A stretch of DNA of 64,000 nucleotides from Patescibacteria group bacterium (GCA_018971305.1 JAGXBC010000003.1:28325-92324); one strand, 5' to 3'; positions 36,823-47,801 are shown, counted from the stretch's first letter. The notes: a model not told the origin generated them from the sequence alone. A program made the numbers and translations.

Positions 36823-36873
36823 GGTTGAAAATTGGAAATTGATCATTGAAAATTGCCCCGCCTGCGGCGGGGG
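36823..36873. repeat. right inverted repeat (TTGAAAATTG units) plus GC hairpin CCCCGCC-TGC-GGCGGGG
   Basis: Reverse complement of the left repeat units. Hairpin at 36856-36873 matches the one at 11842. Confidence 0.5.
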
Positions 36874-36919
36874 AGTTATCCACATCCTTTATAAATCATA
36901 ATCTGTTATAATAAATCTA

Positions 36920-37885
36920 ATGATGAGTCATAAGAACTCCGGTTTAGCCTATATAGGCGTAGTATTGCTCTCGGCCGTTTTGATTTTGGCCGTTTTTGCC
37001 GGTTTCAGTACTGCTTTCGGGGCAGCTTCAAGCACGGTTTCCACAACGGTAACCGTAGGAAACGCGACGCCGACGGTTACCTCGGTTTCTTTAAATAATG
37101 GTAGTGCGATAGTCCTGACTCCGAATGCCACCACGTCTTTTAATATCAATTATACGGTCTCCGACAATAACGGTTGCGCTGATATTAATACGAATAATAT
37201 GACCTCTACGGCTTTTAGGAATGGGGACTCTTCTAATTGTGCGAAACCCAGCCCGACGACCAGCAATACGAGCTGTTATCTCTTTATATCTTCAACGCGC
37301 ACCACAAGCACTTGCCAGGCCAGCGTAACTATCAACGTAACCGACACTGTGCAGATCTATTACTTCGCGGATTCCACCGGAAACAACTCGTCTACTTTCT
37401 CAACCGACCACTGGGAGGCCTATGCGACGGCTCACGATGCTTCTGATGCTAGCAGTAGTGCGACATCCACCTCCGTCGACATAAATGTTTTAACGGCAGT
37501 TAACGTGACGACTTCTTCAATCAACTACAGTTCCGCCGGCAACCTCTCGGCTTCTTCCACGAGCCCTCAACAGAACGCAACGACAACCAATGCCGGTAAT
37601 TCGACAACTTCTCTTCAGCTCTATGCCCTGCAGACGCTCGCAACGGGAACGATATCAATCGCCACCGGTTCTCAACATTATGCTACGACTACAGGACAAT
37701 CATTTGACGCCGGCAGCGTAGCCTTAACCGACACCCCGGTAACCGCTACGGGTTTCAAGCTCTTAACTCCAACAGCGACGAATAGCGTCGGCACATCTAC
37801 CTACTGGTTCCTGAACGTTCCGGCCGGAACGAATCAAGATACTTATACAGGCACTAACGTTTTCTCTCCGAAGTGGTCACAGTAG
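36920..37885 (+). CDS. membrane-anchored protein paralogous to the C-terminal domain of the giant protein
   Basis: Alignable end to end with residues about 890-1170 of 32873-36385: four conserved Cys and an identical 27-nt DNA stretch (ctggttcctgaacgttccggccggaac). Confidence 0.65.
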   Translation: MMSHKNSGLAYIGVVLLSAVLILAVFAGFSTAFGAASSTVSTTVTVGNATPTVTSVSLNNGSAIVLTPNATTSFNINYTVSDNNGCADINTNNMTSTAFRNGDSSNCAKPSPTTSNTSCYLFISSTRTTSTCQASVTINVTDTVQIYYFADSTGNNSSTFSTDHWEAYATAHDASDASSSATSTSVDINVLTAVNVTTSSINYSSAGNLSASSTSPQQNATTTNAGNSTTSLQLYALQTLATGTISIATGSQHYATTTGQSFDAGSVALTDTPVTATGFKLLTPTATNSVGTSTYWFLNVPAGTNQDTYTGTNVFSPKWSQ

Positions 37886-37998
37886 TTATGTCTCATAGAA
37901 TTCTTTTTGGAATATAATAAGTTTCAATTTGAAAATGGATCATGATAAAATTGAATAATCAATAGGACTTCGGTACTACCAATGACTTACTCTCTGTT

Positions 37999-40537
37999 TT
38001 GGTTAGAATGAAAAACTTGTTGCTGATAGTGTTTGTTTTGGTGATAGCAATAATAGTATTAGTTCCCCAGTCCAAAGCTGCAGCAGTCCTAATTCCTAAT
38101 CAACCCAATATCGGTAGTCTGTTGGGATCTGGAACCGTTGTCAGTCAGCCCATCGGCGCAGGTTTTTTCGGATACAATCAGCGGTCTTGATTTTAATATA
38201 GTAAATCTAAATGGTCTTATAGCCTCTTGGTTCAAGGTTGATCTTTGTACATATCCATCCAGTTCACCTAGTAATGATTGTGGGCAAGAAAATCAGATTG
38301 GCATTACCGAAGGCCTTACGCCAGTAGGTGTTGGCATACGCCATGTTAGTTTTAATCAACCAATTACTATAAATCCTAATGATTTTGTAGTTTTGCGCTA
38401 TTGCGCTGCCTTTAATAATACTACTTATGATTGTGTGGGATCTGGCAACGGCACCTTTACTTTTTCGGGGATCACCAGCACCAATCCTGGTTGGTATCCA
38501 TGGCCGCAGTATTTATATGTGGTTTGGCAGCATGCGTCTCTATCTAATTTACAGCAATTTGAATCTGATGGAGTGACTGTTATTCCATCTGGGGGCGCTA
38601 TTCCAGAAAATACTGTGGTTCTGGCTGCAAATGTTGTGGGTGCGGCAGACAATACGGTACAACTACAGGTTGAAGTGGAACCAAATAATATTCCATTTTC
38701 TGGGATTCCAACCTTAAGCAGCTCCTTTGTTCTTTCTGGGGATATTACAACGATAACCGTGCCTAATATTCTAGATGGTCAATATCATTGGCAAGCTCGC
38801 GCAGTGGATTCTGAAGGAAATACGTCGCCCTGGAGTTCGGGCAGTAATTTTGTTATTGATACCATGCCTCCGACAATATCTTATAATCGGCCATCTCCAT
38901 ATTATATAATTAACACATCCGCCATATTTTCTTTTTATGCAAATGATAATGGAGGAACCGGAATTAATGATCTTTCAGCATTGCTTGATGGGAAATTATT
39001 CGACTTTGGTCCTACCGTCGGATCTGTTTTAAACCTTGATCTTTCTGTTGGTACGCACACTATTATTATCAAAGCGAAGGATTATGCGGGCAATATTACT
39101 ACGTCCGATACGCTTACATATACTGTGCCAGCAGCAATGGTTGCCAATGGATCTCAGCTAACCGATCAATCTTATATAGGTGGTACCATAGGAACTTCAA
39201 ATGGAATTGTTGCGCAACCCATCGGTGCAGGATTCTCAGATACCGTCAGCGGACTTGATTTCTATGTACCAAGCCTGAACAACCTTATAGCCTCTTGGTT
39301 CAAGGTTGATCTTTGTACATATCCATCCAGTTCACCTAGTAATGATTGTGGGCAAGAAAATCAGATCGGCATTACCGAAGGTCGTGTGTCCGTTGGCACT
39401 GGTATTCGACACGTCAGTTTTACTCAGCCGCTTAATATTTCACCTGACAACTTTGTTATTTTGAGGTACTGCGCTGCCTTCAATGATATAAATTACAGTT
39501 GCATACCCAGTGGCAATGGTAGTTTTACTTTCGGTGGTGTTACCAGCACCAATCCTGGTTGGTATCCATGGTCGCAGTATTTATATATCAAATGGCAGCA
39601 CACTACGATAAATGGTTTGGCACAATATGAAGCAGATGGCATAACACCGCTTGGAACTAGCGCAACAAACACAATAGTGTTGTCCGGAAATGTTGTCGGT
39701 TCTATTGATCCAGTTCAACTCCAAGTTGAAATAGAGCCAAGTGGTGCCGCTTTTATTGATCAACTCACGGCAAGTAGTTCGTTTGTTTCATCTGGGAGTA
39801 CTGCCACCATTACGATATCTGATGTGGCTGATGGGGATTATCATTGGCAAGCTCGTGCGATGGATTCGGGGGGAATTGCATCTCCTTGGTTGCCATTTAG
39901 TGCCGTGCCAACAAACACAGACTTTGTTATAGATACGACTCCACCTGTAATTGCACACACCGCTATCGAACCCCAGTACATTCTTAATGGCACTCCACTA
40001 CAGTTTCAATTTTCTGCAACGGATAATGGTGGTGTTGGACTTTCAAATCTTGTAGCCACACTAGACGGTGTTGAATTTTCGTCGGGAGATTTTATAAATT
40101 TTACTCAAGTCGGTGTACACACAATTATAATTACTGCAAAAGATGCTGTCGGAAATATTTCTACATCAACTAATACTTATGATGTGGCTTATAATTTCGG
40201 AGGATTTCTCCCTCCAATACAAACTGATGGTAGTGGCGTGTATAAGTTGAAGAGGTCTTTAGCTGTTAAATTCCAACTCACAGATGCCAATGGTCAATAT
40301 GTAGACAATGCGGTTGCACGTTTATTAGTGACAAAAGTAGAAGACGGTATTTTAGGAACTGTTCCGATAGAATTATCAACATCTACTACGGACATCGGCG
40401 GATTATTCAAATACGACCCAATTAGTAATCAGTATGTTTACAGGTTAGACACCGGATCTTTAACCACTGGGACATGGCAATTGACAGCAGTACTAGACGA
40501 TGGCACGAGTTACTCTATATTAATATCATTAAGGTAA
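37999..40537 (+). CDS. secreted tandem-repeat surface protein, interrupted by a +1 frameshift at a T6 tract (38163-38168)
   Basis: The N-terminal signal-peptide ORF (37999-38190) ends ...SQPIGAGFFGYNQRS*. Removing one T gives ...QPIGAGFSDTISGLDF, which continues into ORF 38138-40537 and matches the second internal repeat (IVAQPIGAGFSDTVSGLDF). Confidence 0.6.
38216..38313 (+). repeat. 98-nt core of a 1,068-bp intragenic tandem duplication (copy 1; copy 2 at 39284-39381, one mismatch)
   Basis: Near-identical DNA in both copies. The flanking protein repeats (about 356 aa each) are otherwise about 60% identical. Confidence 0.75.
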
Positions 40538-40558
40538 TATTTTTTAAATAATTTCTAT

Positions 40559-40584
40559 AAAAAGGGGACAGCCCCCTTTTTTTG
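40559..40584. terminator. bidirectional terminator AAAAAGGGG-ACAG-CCCC-TTTTTTT
   Basis: Seen in sequence. Followed by two TTGTATAAT extended -10 boxes at 40601-40609 and 40623-40631. Confidence 0.7.
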
Positions 40585-40645
40585 ATTTCCCCAGGAGATT
40601 TTGTATAATAATTACATCAATATTGTATAATATTAAGGATACTAA

Positions 40646-41563
40646 ATGGCCAAACATTCAATTATCTGGCCGGTTATTGCCGCTGTTTTTATTCTCGCCG
40701 CGGCGATTTTTTCGTTGCCGCAAGGAGCCATCGCGGCTTTCGGAGTTTCGCCTCCGTTTGTGAATTCCGACCACCTTGTTGCCGGAGCGCAATATATCCA
40801 AACGGTTTATTTGGTACAGGATCAGCCGGATCAGGATTTAAGAATTAAAGCAACGCTCAACGTACCTGATAAGATCAAACCCTGGATAAAAATAGACAAG
40901 GGCTTGGACTTTATTATTCCTAAAGGCGTTCGCCAATTTCCGATTCAGATAGAGGTTGATGTTCCAAAAAGCGAGATTCGCGGTCAGTATAGCGGCAACC
41001 TGGTCATAGTGAGCGAGCCTGCGCAATCGGGACAGGTAACCATCGCTTTGGGAGCCAATATCGCCATCAACCTTACGATCGGCACCGATATTTTTGAACA
41101 ATATTCCGTGCAGGCTATCAAGCCTTTGGACGTGGAGGAAGGTTGGAATCCCCGAGTTGATGTTAAATTCAAAAATGACGGTAATATTCCGGAAAGTTTT
41201 GATGGCGCAACCTTTGAATTGATAGATAAATTCGGCGGTACGCGCTTGGCTTATACTCAAAAAACCACGGGTTTTCCCGAGACGCCGCCGTTCAGCATTA
41301 AGGAATATGTTGTTGAGTTTCCCATGGAATTTCATCTTGGTCTTGGTCAATATTGGGCTGACGTAAATTTTTATAAGGGAGGTAAAATTATCGGCCACGA
41401 GAAAACGGTGTTCAATGTTCTACCTGCTGGCTCAATTTCCGGTCCAACGGCGCAAGTATTGAATTTCTTGAAAAACGCTTGGGTTTATTATTCCGCTATC
41501 GGTATTGTCCTTGCTCTAATGATATTTTTCTTCTTTTTCAAACGGAAGCGTCATCATAGATAA
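40646..41563 (+). CDS. secreted protein with C-terminal TM anchor and basic tail (hypothetical)
   Basis: N-terminal signal peptide. C-terminal ...IGIVLALMIFFFFFKRKRHHR. Confidence 0.55.
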   Translation: MAKHSIIWPVIAAVFILAAAIFSLPQGAIAAFGVSPPFVNSDHLVAGAQYIQTVYLVQDQPDQDLRIKATLNVPDKIKPWIKIDKGLDFIIPKGVRQFPIQIEVDVPKSEIRGQYSGNLVIVSEPAQSGQVTIALGANIAINLTIGTDIFEQYSVQAIKPLDVEEGWNPRVDVKFKNDGNIPESFDGATFELIDKFGGTRLAYTQKTTGFPETPPFSIKEYVVEFPMEFHLGLGQYWADVNFYKGGKIIGHEKTVFNVLPAGSISGPTAQVLNFLKNAWVYYSAIGIVLALMIFFFFFKRKRHHR

Positions 41564-41580
41564 AAAAGTTATCCAACGGG

Positions 41581-42537
41581 ATGAAATGGAAAAAAATATT
41601 TTCGGTCTCCATCTTGGGGTTAATCGCCGTCATTGTTTGGTATGGTAAATTTTCAATTGCTAGGTCTGCGAGCGTAAGCGTCCCCACGGAAGTCGTAACA
41701 ACTCCCGCGGTAGTCAGGTTAACCCAGGATTATTTCAGGTGGTATGAAAATATTGATGCTCTGACCCCCTCAAGCACATTGGCTGCGGAGAATACGTCTA
41801 CCAGCGTCCCCGATTCAGGAACCGTCTTGCGGTTAAGGATGAATATTATTGACGGCAACGTGGATTTGCCGACGGGTACGGAATTCAAACTCCAATACGC
41901 CAATTCCACCTCTGGCCCCTGGACAGACTTGTCTACCTCAACTTCCTGGATATTTTTTAACAATCCCTCAGTTGCCGACGGGCAGATTATCCTAACGACA
42001 GTTTTGAGCAATTCCAACACGGGTGAAAGTTATAACGAATCAAATCCGTCGGCTTCCACTCCGAATACTGTCGTGCAGGGCCAAAGAGGCGAGTGGGACT
42101 GGGTGATTGAAAATAATTCCGCGGATACGGCAAGCAACTGGTTTTTCCGGATGATATATTCTTCAAGCACGGTGCTTGACTCTTACAACAGGTATCCCAA
42201 ATTAACTGCCGTGCCCGTGGTCACTCCACCGCCGTCTTCGGGCGGAGGGGGCGGTTCAACCGGTGTTGGTGGGGGACAGACGACTCCTCCACCGCCTTAT
42301 GTTCCGCCGGGCAATCAAACGACAACGCCACCGCTGCCGATACCGCCGCCGCTTTTGCCTCCGCCCATACAGGCCGTGGATTTTAATGGTGATAACCGAG
42401 TGAATATCATTGATCTTTCTATTCTTCTTTATTATTACAACAAAACCGGGCCGCAAATAACGCGCTACGATTTAAACAGGGATTTGGCGGTAGATTTCCC
42501 GGACGTATCAATAATGATGTTTTATTGGACTAGCTAG
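41581..42537 (+). CDS. secreted protein with Gly/Pro-rich linker and C-terminal dockerin-like domain
   Basis: Two Ca-binding-loop repeats, DFNGDNRVNIIDLSILL and DLNRDLAVDFPDVSIMM, in the D-x-N-x-D-x-x-V-N/D-x-x-D pattern. Confidence 0.55.
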   Translation: MKWKKIFSVSILGLIAVIVWYGKFSIARSASVSVPTEVVTTPAVVRLTQDYFRWYENIDALTPSSTLAAENTSTSVPDSGTVLRLRMNIIDGNVDLPTGTEFKLQYANSTSGPWTDLSTSTSWIFFNNPSVADGQIILTTVLSNSNTGESYNESNPSASTPNTVVQGQRGEWDWVIENNSADTASNWFFRMIYSSSTVLDSYNRYPKLTAVPVVTPPPSSGGGGGSTGVGGGQTTPPPPYVPPGNQTTTPPLPIPPPLLPPPIQAVDFNGDNRVNIIDLSILLYYYNKTGPQITRYDLNRDLAVDFPDVSIMMFYWTS

Positions 42538-42573
42538 TAATAGAAAATAGAATCTAGAAAATAGAAAGTAGAA
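42538..42573. repeat. TAGAAAATAGAA repeat cluster (forward orientation)
   Basis: taatagaaaatagaatctagaaaatagaaagtagaagg immediately upstream of the four-helix-bundle gene. Confidence 0.6.
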
Positions 42574-42576
42574 GGA

Positions 42577-42924
42577 ATGAGCAAAACGAAATCATTTAAA
42601 GATCTAATTGTTTGGCAAAAAGCTCGCGATTTGGCGGTGATTGTCTACGAACTCACCGAAAAATTTCCCAGATCAGAACTGTACGGACTAACAAGCCAAA
42701 TGAGGAGAGCAGCTATTTCCATATCTTCCAACATCGCAGAAAGTTATCACCGTTTTCATAGTAAGGAGAAAAATCAGTTTTTAGCCATAGCTTTTGGTTC
42801 CGGCTCGGAACTAGAAAGCCAAATGGAAATCTCCAAGGTTTTATTCCCACACTTAAATTATAAAGGAGCAGGGGAGCTTCTTGGCGATGTGATGAAAATT
42901 CTAAACAATTTTTTATCCAAATAA
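42577..42924 (+). CDS. four-helix-bundle protein (23S rRNA intervening-sequence protein family)
   Basis: DLIVWQKARDLAVIVYELTEKFP..E.YGLTSQMRRAAISISSNIAE...FL.IAFGS..ELESQ is the family signature. Confidence 0.8.
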   Translation: MSKTKSFKDLIVWQKARDLAVIVYELTEKFPRSELYGLTSQMRRAAISISSNIAESYHRFHSKEKNQFLAIAFGSGSELESQMEISKVLFPHLNYKGAGELLGDVMKILNNFLSK

Positions 42925-42934
42925 ATATAAAACA

Positions 42935-43845
<911 letters not shown>

Positions 43846-43870
<25 letters not shown>

Positions 43871-43927
43871 AAAATAGAATCAAAAATTAATTCTACTTTC
43901 TATTTTCTAAATTCTACTTTCTAAATT
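43846..43927. repeat. palindromic TAGAAAATAGAA / TTCTACTTTCTA cluster spanning the stop codon of gene 42935
   Basis: Forward units 43846-43880, reverse units 43890-43927. Same organisation as the cluster at 8209-8296. Confidence 0.6.
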
Positions 43928-43930
43928 ATT

Positions 43931-44557
43931 ATGTTCGAATTACCAACGCTTCCATATGCTTATGACTCCCTGGAGCCTTATATTGATGCGCGTACGATGG
44001 AAATACACCACACGAAGCATCACCAGGCCTACATAAATAAATTGAACGAAGCCTTAGAAAAACATCCAGAGCTGGATAAGAAATCTTTGGAAGAATTATT
44101 GGGAAATCTTAATTCTGTGCCCGATGACATAAGGACGGCCGTGAGAAATCATGGCGGTGGGCACATCAACCACTCGTTATTCTGGAAGATTATGGGGCCC
44201 GGTGCCGGCGGTGAACCAAATGGTGCAATGGCCAAGGCCGTAGCGGATTCGTTCGGGGACTTTGTTAAATTTAAAGAAGAATTCGGAAAAGCCGCGGCCG
44301 GTATTTTCGGCAGCGGCTGGGCGTGGCTGGTTTTAAACGCAGAACACGGAACAGATAACAAGGAACAATTAAAGATAATTACGACCCCCAATCAGGACAA
44401 TCCCATATCGCAAGGACTCAGACCCCTTCTTGGCTTAGACGTTTGGGAACACGCTTATTATCTGAAATATCAGAATAAACGGCCGGATTATATTTCTGCC
44501 TGGTGGAACGTGGTCAACTGGAGTGAAGTTGAAAAGAATCTTACAGCATCTTCGTAG
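43931..44557 (+). CDS. sodA: Fe/Mn superoxide dismutase
   Basis: [22 protein letters not shown] metal-ligand motifs. Confidence 0.9.
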   Translation: MFELPTLPYAYDSLEPYIDARTMEIHHTKHHQAYINKLNEALEKHPELDKKSLEELLGNLNSVPDDIRTAVRNHGGGHINHSLFWKIMGPGAGGEPNGAMAKAVADSFGDFVKFKEEFGKAAAGIFGSGWAWLVLNAEHGTDNKEQLKIITTPNQDNPISQGLRPLLGLDVWEHAYYLKYQNKRPDYISAWWNVVNWSEVEKNLTASS

Positions 44558-44646
44558 GCGAGCGATTATGGTTATGGGTGGAATACTGGATAATTATCTG
44601 ACTTTAGGCAACATAAATAGGTGAGTAATGCTATAATAATTTAGAT

Positions 44647-46809
44647 ATGGAAAGACCTCATAAAATAGGTGGATTTTGCCTATCATCTATGATAGCGGGC
44701 GGGTTTTTTCTGTTTGCCGTATTTTTCGCGGTAATTTCCCCGATTAAAGCTGAGGCCGCCGCCTCTCTTTATGTTTCTCCTCCGTCCGGCACATTTACGG
44801 TCGGCAGCACGTTTACGGTTTCTATTTACGTAAACAGCGGTGGCCAGTCTATTAATGCCGTAGAGGCGGATTTGAAATTTCCTGCGGATAGGTTGCAGGT
44901 TGTTTCGCCCACAACCGGGAAATCTCTTATTCAGGTTTGGGTAAGCCAGCCGACTTATTCAAATTTGGACGGTACGATGAAATTCCAGGGGACAATACCT
45001 AGTCCCGGAATAAATACGGATTCCGGTCTTATTTCCACTGTAACTTTCCGCGTGAAAAGCGTGGGTACAGCGTCGCTGCAAATTTTGGACAGCTCTCAAG
45101 TGCTTTTAAACGATGGCCTGGGCACTAATATATTGGGTCAGACTACGAGCGGTATTTATTATCTTGTTTTGCCGGCTCCTGCCGGACCGATAGTTACGTC
45201 GCGTACCAATCCGGATCAGTCCAAATGGTATAGCACTCATCAGGTGGTTTTTGAATGGAGTGCCCCGTCGGATATACAAGGTTATAGCTATATATTGGAT
45301 CAAGACCCGTCTGGAGAGCCGGATGATATTTCCGAAGGGACCAATACCAGGGTGGTTTATGACAAGCTTGCCGATGGCACTTATTATTTCCATATTAAGT
45401 CTTTACGGCAGGGCGCCTGGGGCGGAATTACCGATTATGTGGTGAATATAGATAACGATCCGCCGGCAAAATTTACAATAGATTTTTCTCCCGGAGACAC
45501 GACGTCTAATCACCGCCCGATAATTGACTTTACTACAACCGATAAAACTTCCGGACTGGATCATTATGAATTAAAAATTATTCCGCTGGATATGCCGCTC
45601 GCAGTGACAACCCAGAACGATACTCCATTTTTCATAGAAACCCAGCCGCCGTATTCCCAGCAATTGGCAGACGGAAGGTACGATGTTTATGTCCGGGCTT
45701 ACGATAAAGCAGGAAACTATTATCAAGCAGAGAGCAGGCTTACTATAACCAAGCCGATTTTTGAATTTTTGAGCCCGAGTGGTTTGAGTGTCAACGGTTT
45801 TACCTTGGGCTGGGCCTACACGGTTGTCTTGGGATTGCTATTTCTCGCGCTATTCGGATATTTCGGCTATAAGGCATGGACTTGGCATCGGTTAATTGAA
45901 GAATCTTTGGAGCACGGACCGCATAAGCATCCTGTGGTAGCCGAAAAACTTGAAGAGTTAAAGAAAAAACAAAAAGAATACGGATCGTCCGGAGGCACTA
46001 CAACAGCCCTTCTTACTCAGAATGATATCGACGGAAAAGAGCCGCCAGGCTCTATTGGCGGCACGGGTTTGATGATCTTGTTTGCCCTGGTAATATCTTT
46101 AGCGCTATTCGGACACGCGGTTAAGGCCCAGCAGAATGCGACTGGCAATGTTTCGGTTGAACCGCCCATAGTCACACTATTCCCCAAATCCATTTCCAAT
46201 GACGAGATCTTTTATATCGGCGGCAGAGCCGGGGCTCCTAACGCCAAGGTTTATATCTATCTGCAGAATGTGGACACAGGCAGCGCTTTGAATGAGATAG
46301 CGGTAACAGATGTTAGTGGCGCTTGGTTCTACTCTTTCCCGCAATTTCTGACTGCCGGGCGTTACATTGTCTGGACCCAGCTTAAGGTGAGCGATGCCTT
46401 GAGTTCACCGAGCCCGCAAATGAACTTGGAAGTCGCGCCGACCGCGATCCAATTCGGCGGCAACCGTTTCAGCTATCAGGATCTGTATTTTGTGTTGCTT
46501 CTTATATTCCTCGCGGCTTTCTGCGCATTGCTCGCATTCATTATTTACCACAGCTACCACTTCAGAATTAAAAATAGGCGATTGTCTTTGGCTATAGCGG
46601 CAGCGGAGGAATCTATCCGCCGCGGCTTCTCTGTTTTGCGCCGGGATATTGAAGAAGAGCTTAGCGTTATCCGCAAGGTCAAGCTTAATAAGGAGCTCTC
46701 CACCGAAGAAAAAATACGCGAAGAAAAATTAACTAAGGATTTTGAAGACGTAAATCGCTATGTTGGTAAGGAAATCTGGGAAGTGGATAAGGAGGAAAAG
46801 GATTTGTGA
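44647..46809 (+). CDS. large membrane protein with N-terminal cohesin-like domain
   Basis: SLYVSPPSGTFTVGSTFTVSIYVNSGGQSINAVEADLKFPADRLQV is cohesin-like. Several TM helices and a charged cytoplasmic tail follow. Confidence 0.5.
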   Translation: MERPHKIGGFCLSSMIAGGFFLFAVFFAVISPIKAEAAASLYVSPPSGTFTVGSTFTVSIYVNSGGQSINAVEADLKFPADRLQVVSPTTGKSLIQVWVSQPTYSNLDGTMKFQGTIPSPGINTDSGLISTVTFRVKSVGTASLQILDSSQVLLNDGLGTNILGQTTSGIYYLVLPAPAGPIVTSRTNPDQSKWYSTHQVVFEWSAPSDIQGYSYILDQDPSGEPDDISEGTNTRVVYDKLADGTYYFHIKSLRQGAWGGITDYVVNIDNDPPAKFTIDFSPGDTTSNHRPIIDFTTTDKTSGLDHYELKIIPLDMPLAVTTQNDTPFFIETQPPYSQQLADGRYDVYVRAYDKAGNYYQAESRLTITKPIFEFLSPSGLSVNGFTLGWAYTVVLGLLFLALFGYFGYKAWTWHRLIEESLEHGPHKHPVVAEKLEELKKKQKEYGSSGGTTTALLTQNDIDGKEPPGSIGGTGLMILFALVISLALFGHAVKAQQNATGNVSVEPPIVTLFPKSISNDEIFYIGGRAGAPNAKVYIYLQNVDTGSALNEIAVTDVSGAWFYSFPQFLTAGRYIVWTQLKVSDALSSPSPQMNLEVAPTAIQFGGNRFSYQDLYFVLLLIFLAAFCALLAFIIYHSYHFRIKNRRLSLAIAAAEESIRRGFSVLRRDIEEELSVIRKVKLNKELSTEEKIREEKLTKDFEDVNRYVGKEIWEVDKEEKDL

Positions 46810-46880
46810 TGTGGTTCGCATCGAGGCGCCGGAATCCGGATATTGTGCCGCCTTATCACATAATATAAAGGCGATAAGTT

Positions 46881-47213
46881 ATGTTGATTAACTCCGGTCA
46901 GAGAACTTTACACTGGACGAATCATGCTCATGCCAAAATGAGATTTTATGGTTTGTCGGAGGCGCGCGTGCGCAGAATTCTTCATTCTCCGAAGAGGGTG
47001 GAAGAGGGAATTGCTCCGAAAACAATCGCAGTGATGCAGTCTGCTGGCAGCACAAAACATCCTTACGAACTTTGGACCATGGTCCAGGATATCGGTAAAA
47101 AGCGCAAAGTAATAAGTGCCTGGCGCTATCCCGGAGTTACAAAGCCGAGAAGCGAGGCCGTAATCGAAGGGATAAAGAATGCCTATAGCGAATATATGCG
47201 GTCGCATGATTAG
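46881..47213 (+). CDS. DUF4258-like small protein (putative toxin-like; tentative)
   Basis: TLHWTNHAHAKMRFYGLSEARVRRIL resembles the DUF4258 N-terminus. Confidence 0.35.
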   Translation: MLINSGQRTLHWTNHAHAKMRFYGLSEARVRRILHSPKRVEEGIAPKTIAVMQSAGSTKHPYELWTMVQDIGKKRKVISAWRYPGVTKPRSEAVIEGIKNAYSEYMRSHD

Positions 47214-47216
47214 GCC

Positions 47217-47801
47217 ATGCCTAAATTTGCTATAATAATCTTAATATTTATCGCAGTCGGCGCGATTATCGCCGCTATTTTCACTGTCGCAATATCAAGA
47301 AAAAATTATTTTTTTTCAAATATTCCCATAGCAAATAATCAAATATCAGAAAACATGATTTTAACGAGCCCGTCTTTCAATAACGATGCCGATATCCCGA
47401 CAAAATTTACTTGTGACGGCGGAGATATAAATCCGGAGTTGCACGTTCAAAACGTACCGGAGGAAGCCAAAAGTTTAGCTCTTATAATGGATGACCCTGA
47501 TGCAACGCGTGGCCGATCGTTTACGCATTGGCTTGTTTGGAACATAAACCCGGAGACCACTTTAATTAAGCAGGAAAGCGTGCCGCCTGGAAGCGTGGAG
47601 GGGAAGAACGATTTTCCGGCTGTGGGATATGGCGGCCCTTGTCCTCCGCAAGGCTCTGCCCCTCATCATTATCATTTCAAACTCTATGCTTTGGACGAGA
47701 TGCTTGATTTGCCGTCTGGTTCAAGCAAGAGTCTTTTGGAGGCGGAAATAGACAAACACCTTATAACCCAAGCGGAACTTGTGGGATTATACGGAAGATA
47801 A
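47217..47801 (+). CDS. YbhB/YbcL (PEBP / Raf-kinase-inhibitor-like) family protein
   Basis: DPDA...HW..WNI and GYGGPCPPQGSAPHHYHFKLYALD are the PEBP signatures. N-terminal TM. Confidence 0.8.
   Translation: MPKFAIIILIFIAVGAIIAAIFTVAISRKNYFFSNIPIANNQISENMILTSPSFNNDADIPTKFTCDGGDINPELHVQNVPEEAKSLALIMDDPDATRGRSFTHWLVWNINPETTLIKQESVPPGSVEGKNDFPAVGYGGPCPPQGSAPHHYHFKLYALDEMLDLPSGSSKSLLEAEIDKHLITQAELVGLYGR

Noticed and set aside
38138-38140. TTG start for the 799-aa ORF as an independent gene start
   Set aside because: The upstream in-frame-minus-one ORF supplies a signal peptide, and its sequence continues seamlessly into this ORF after removal of one T. A frameshifted single gene is more parsimonious than an internal TTG start.
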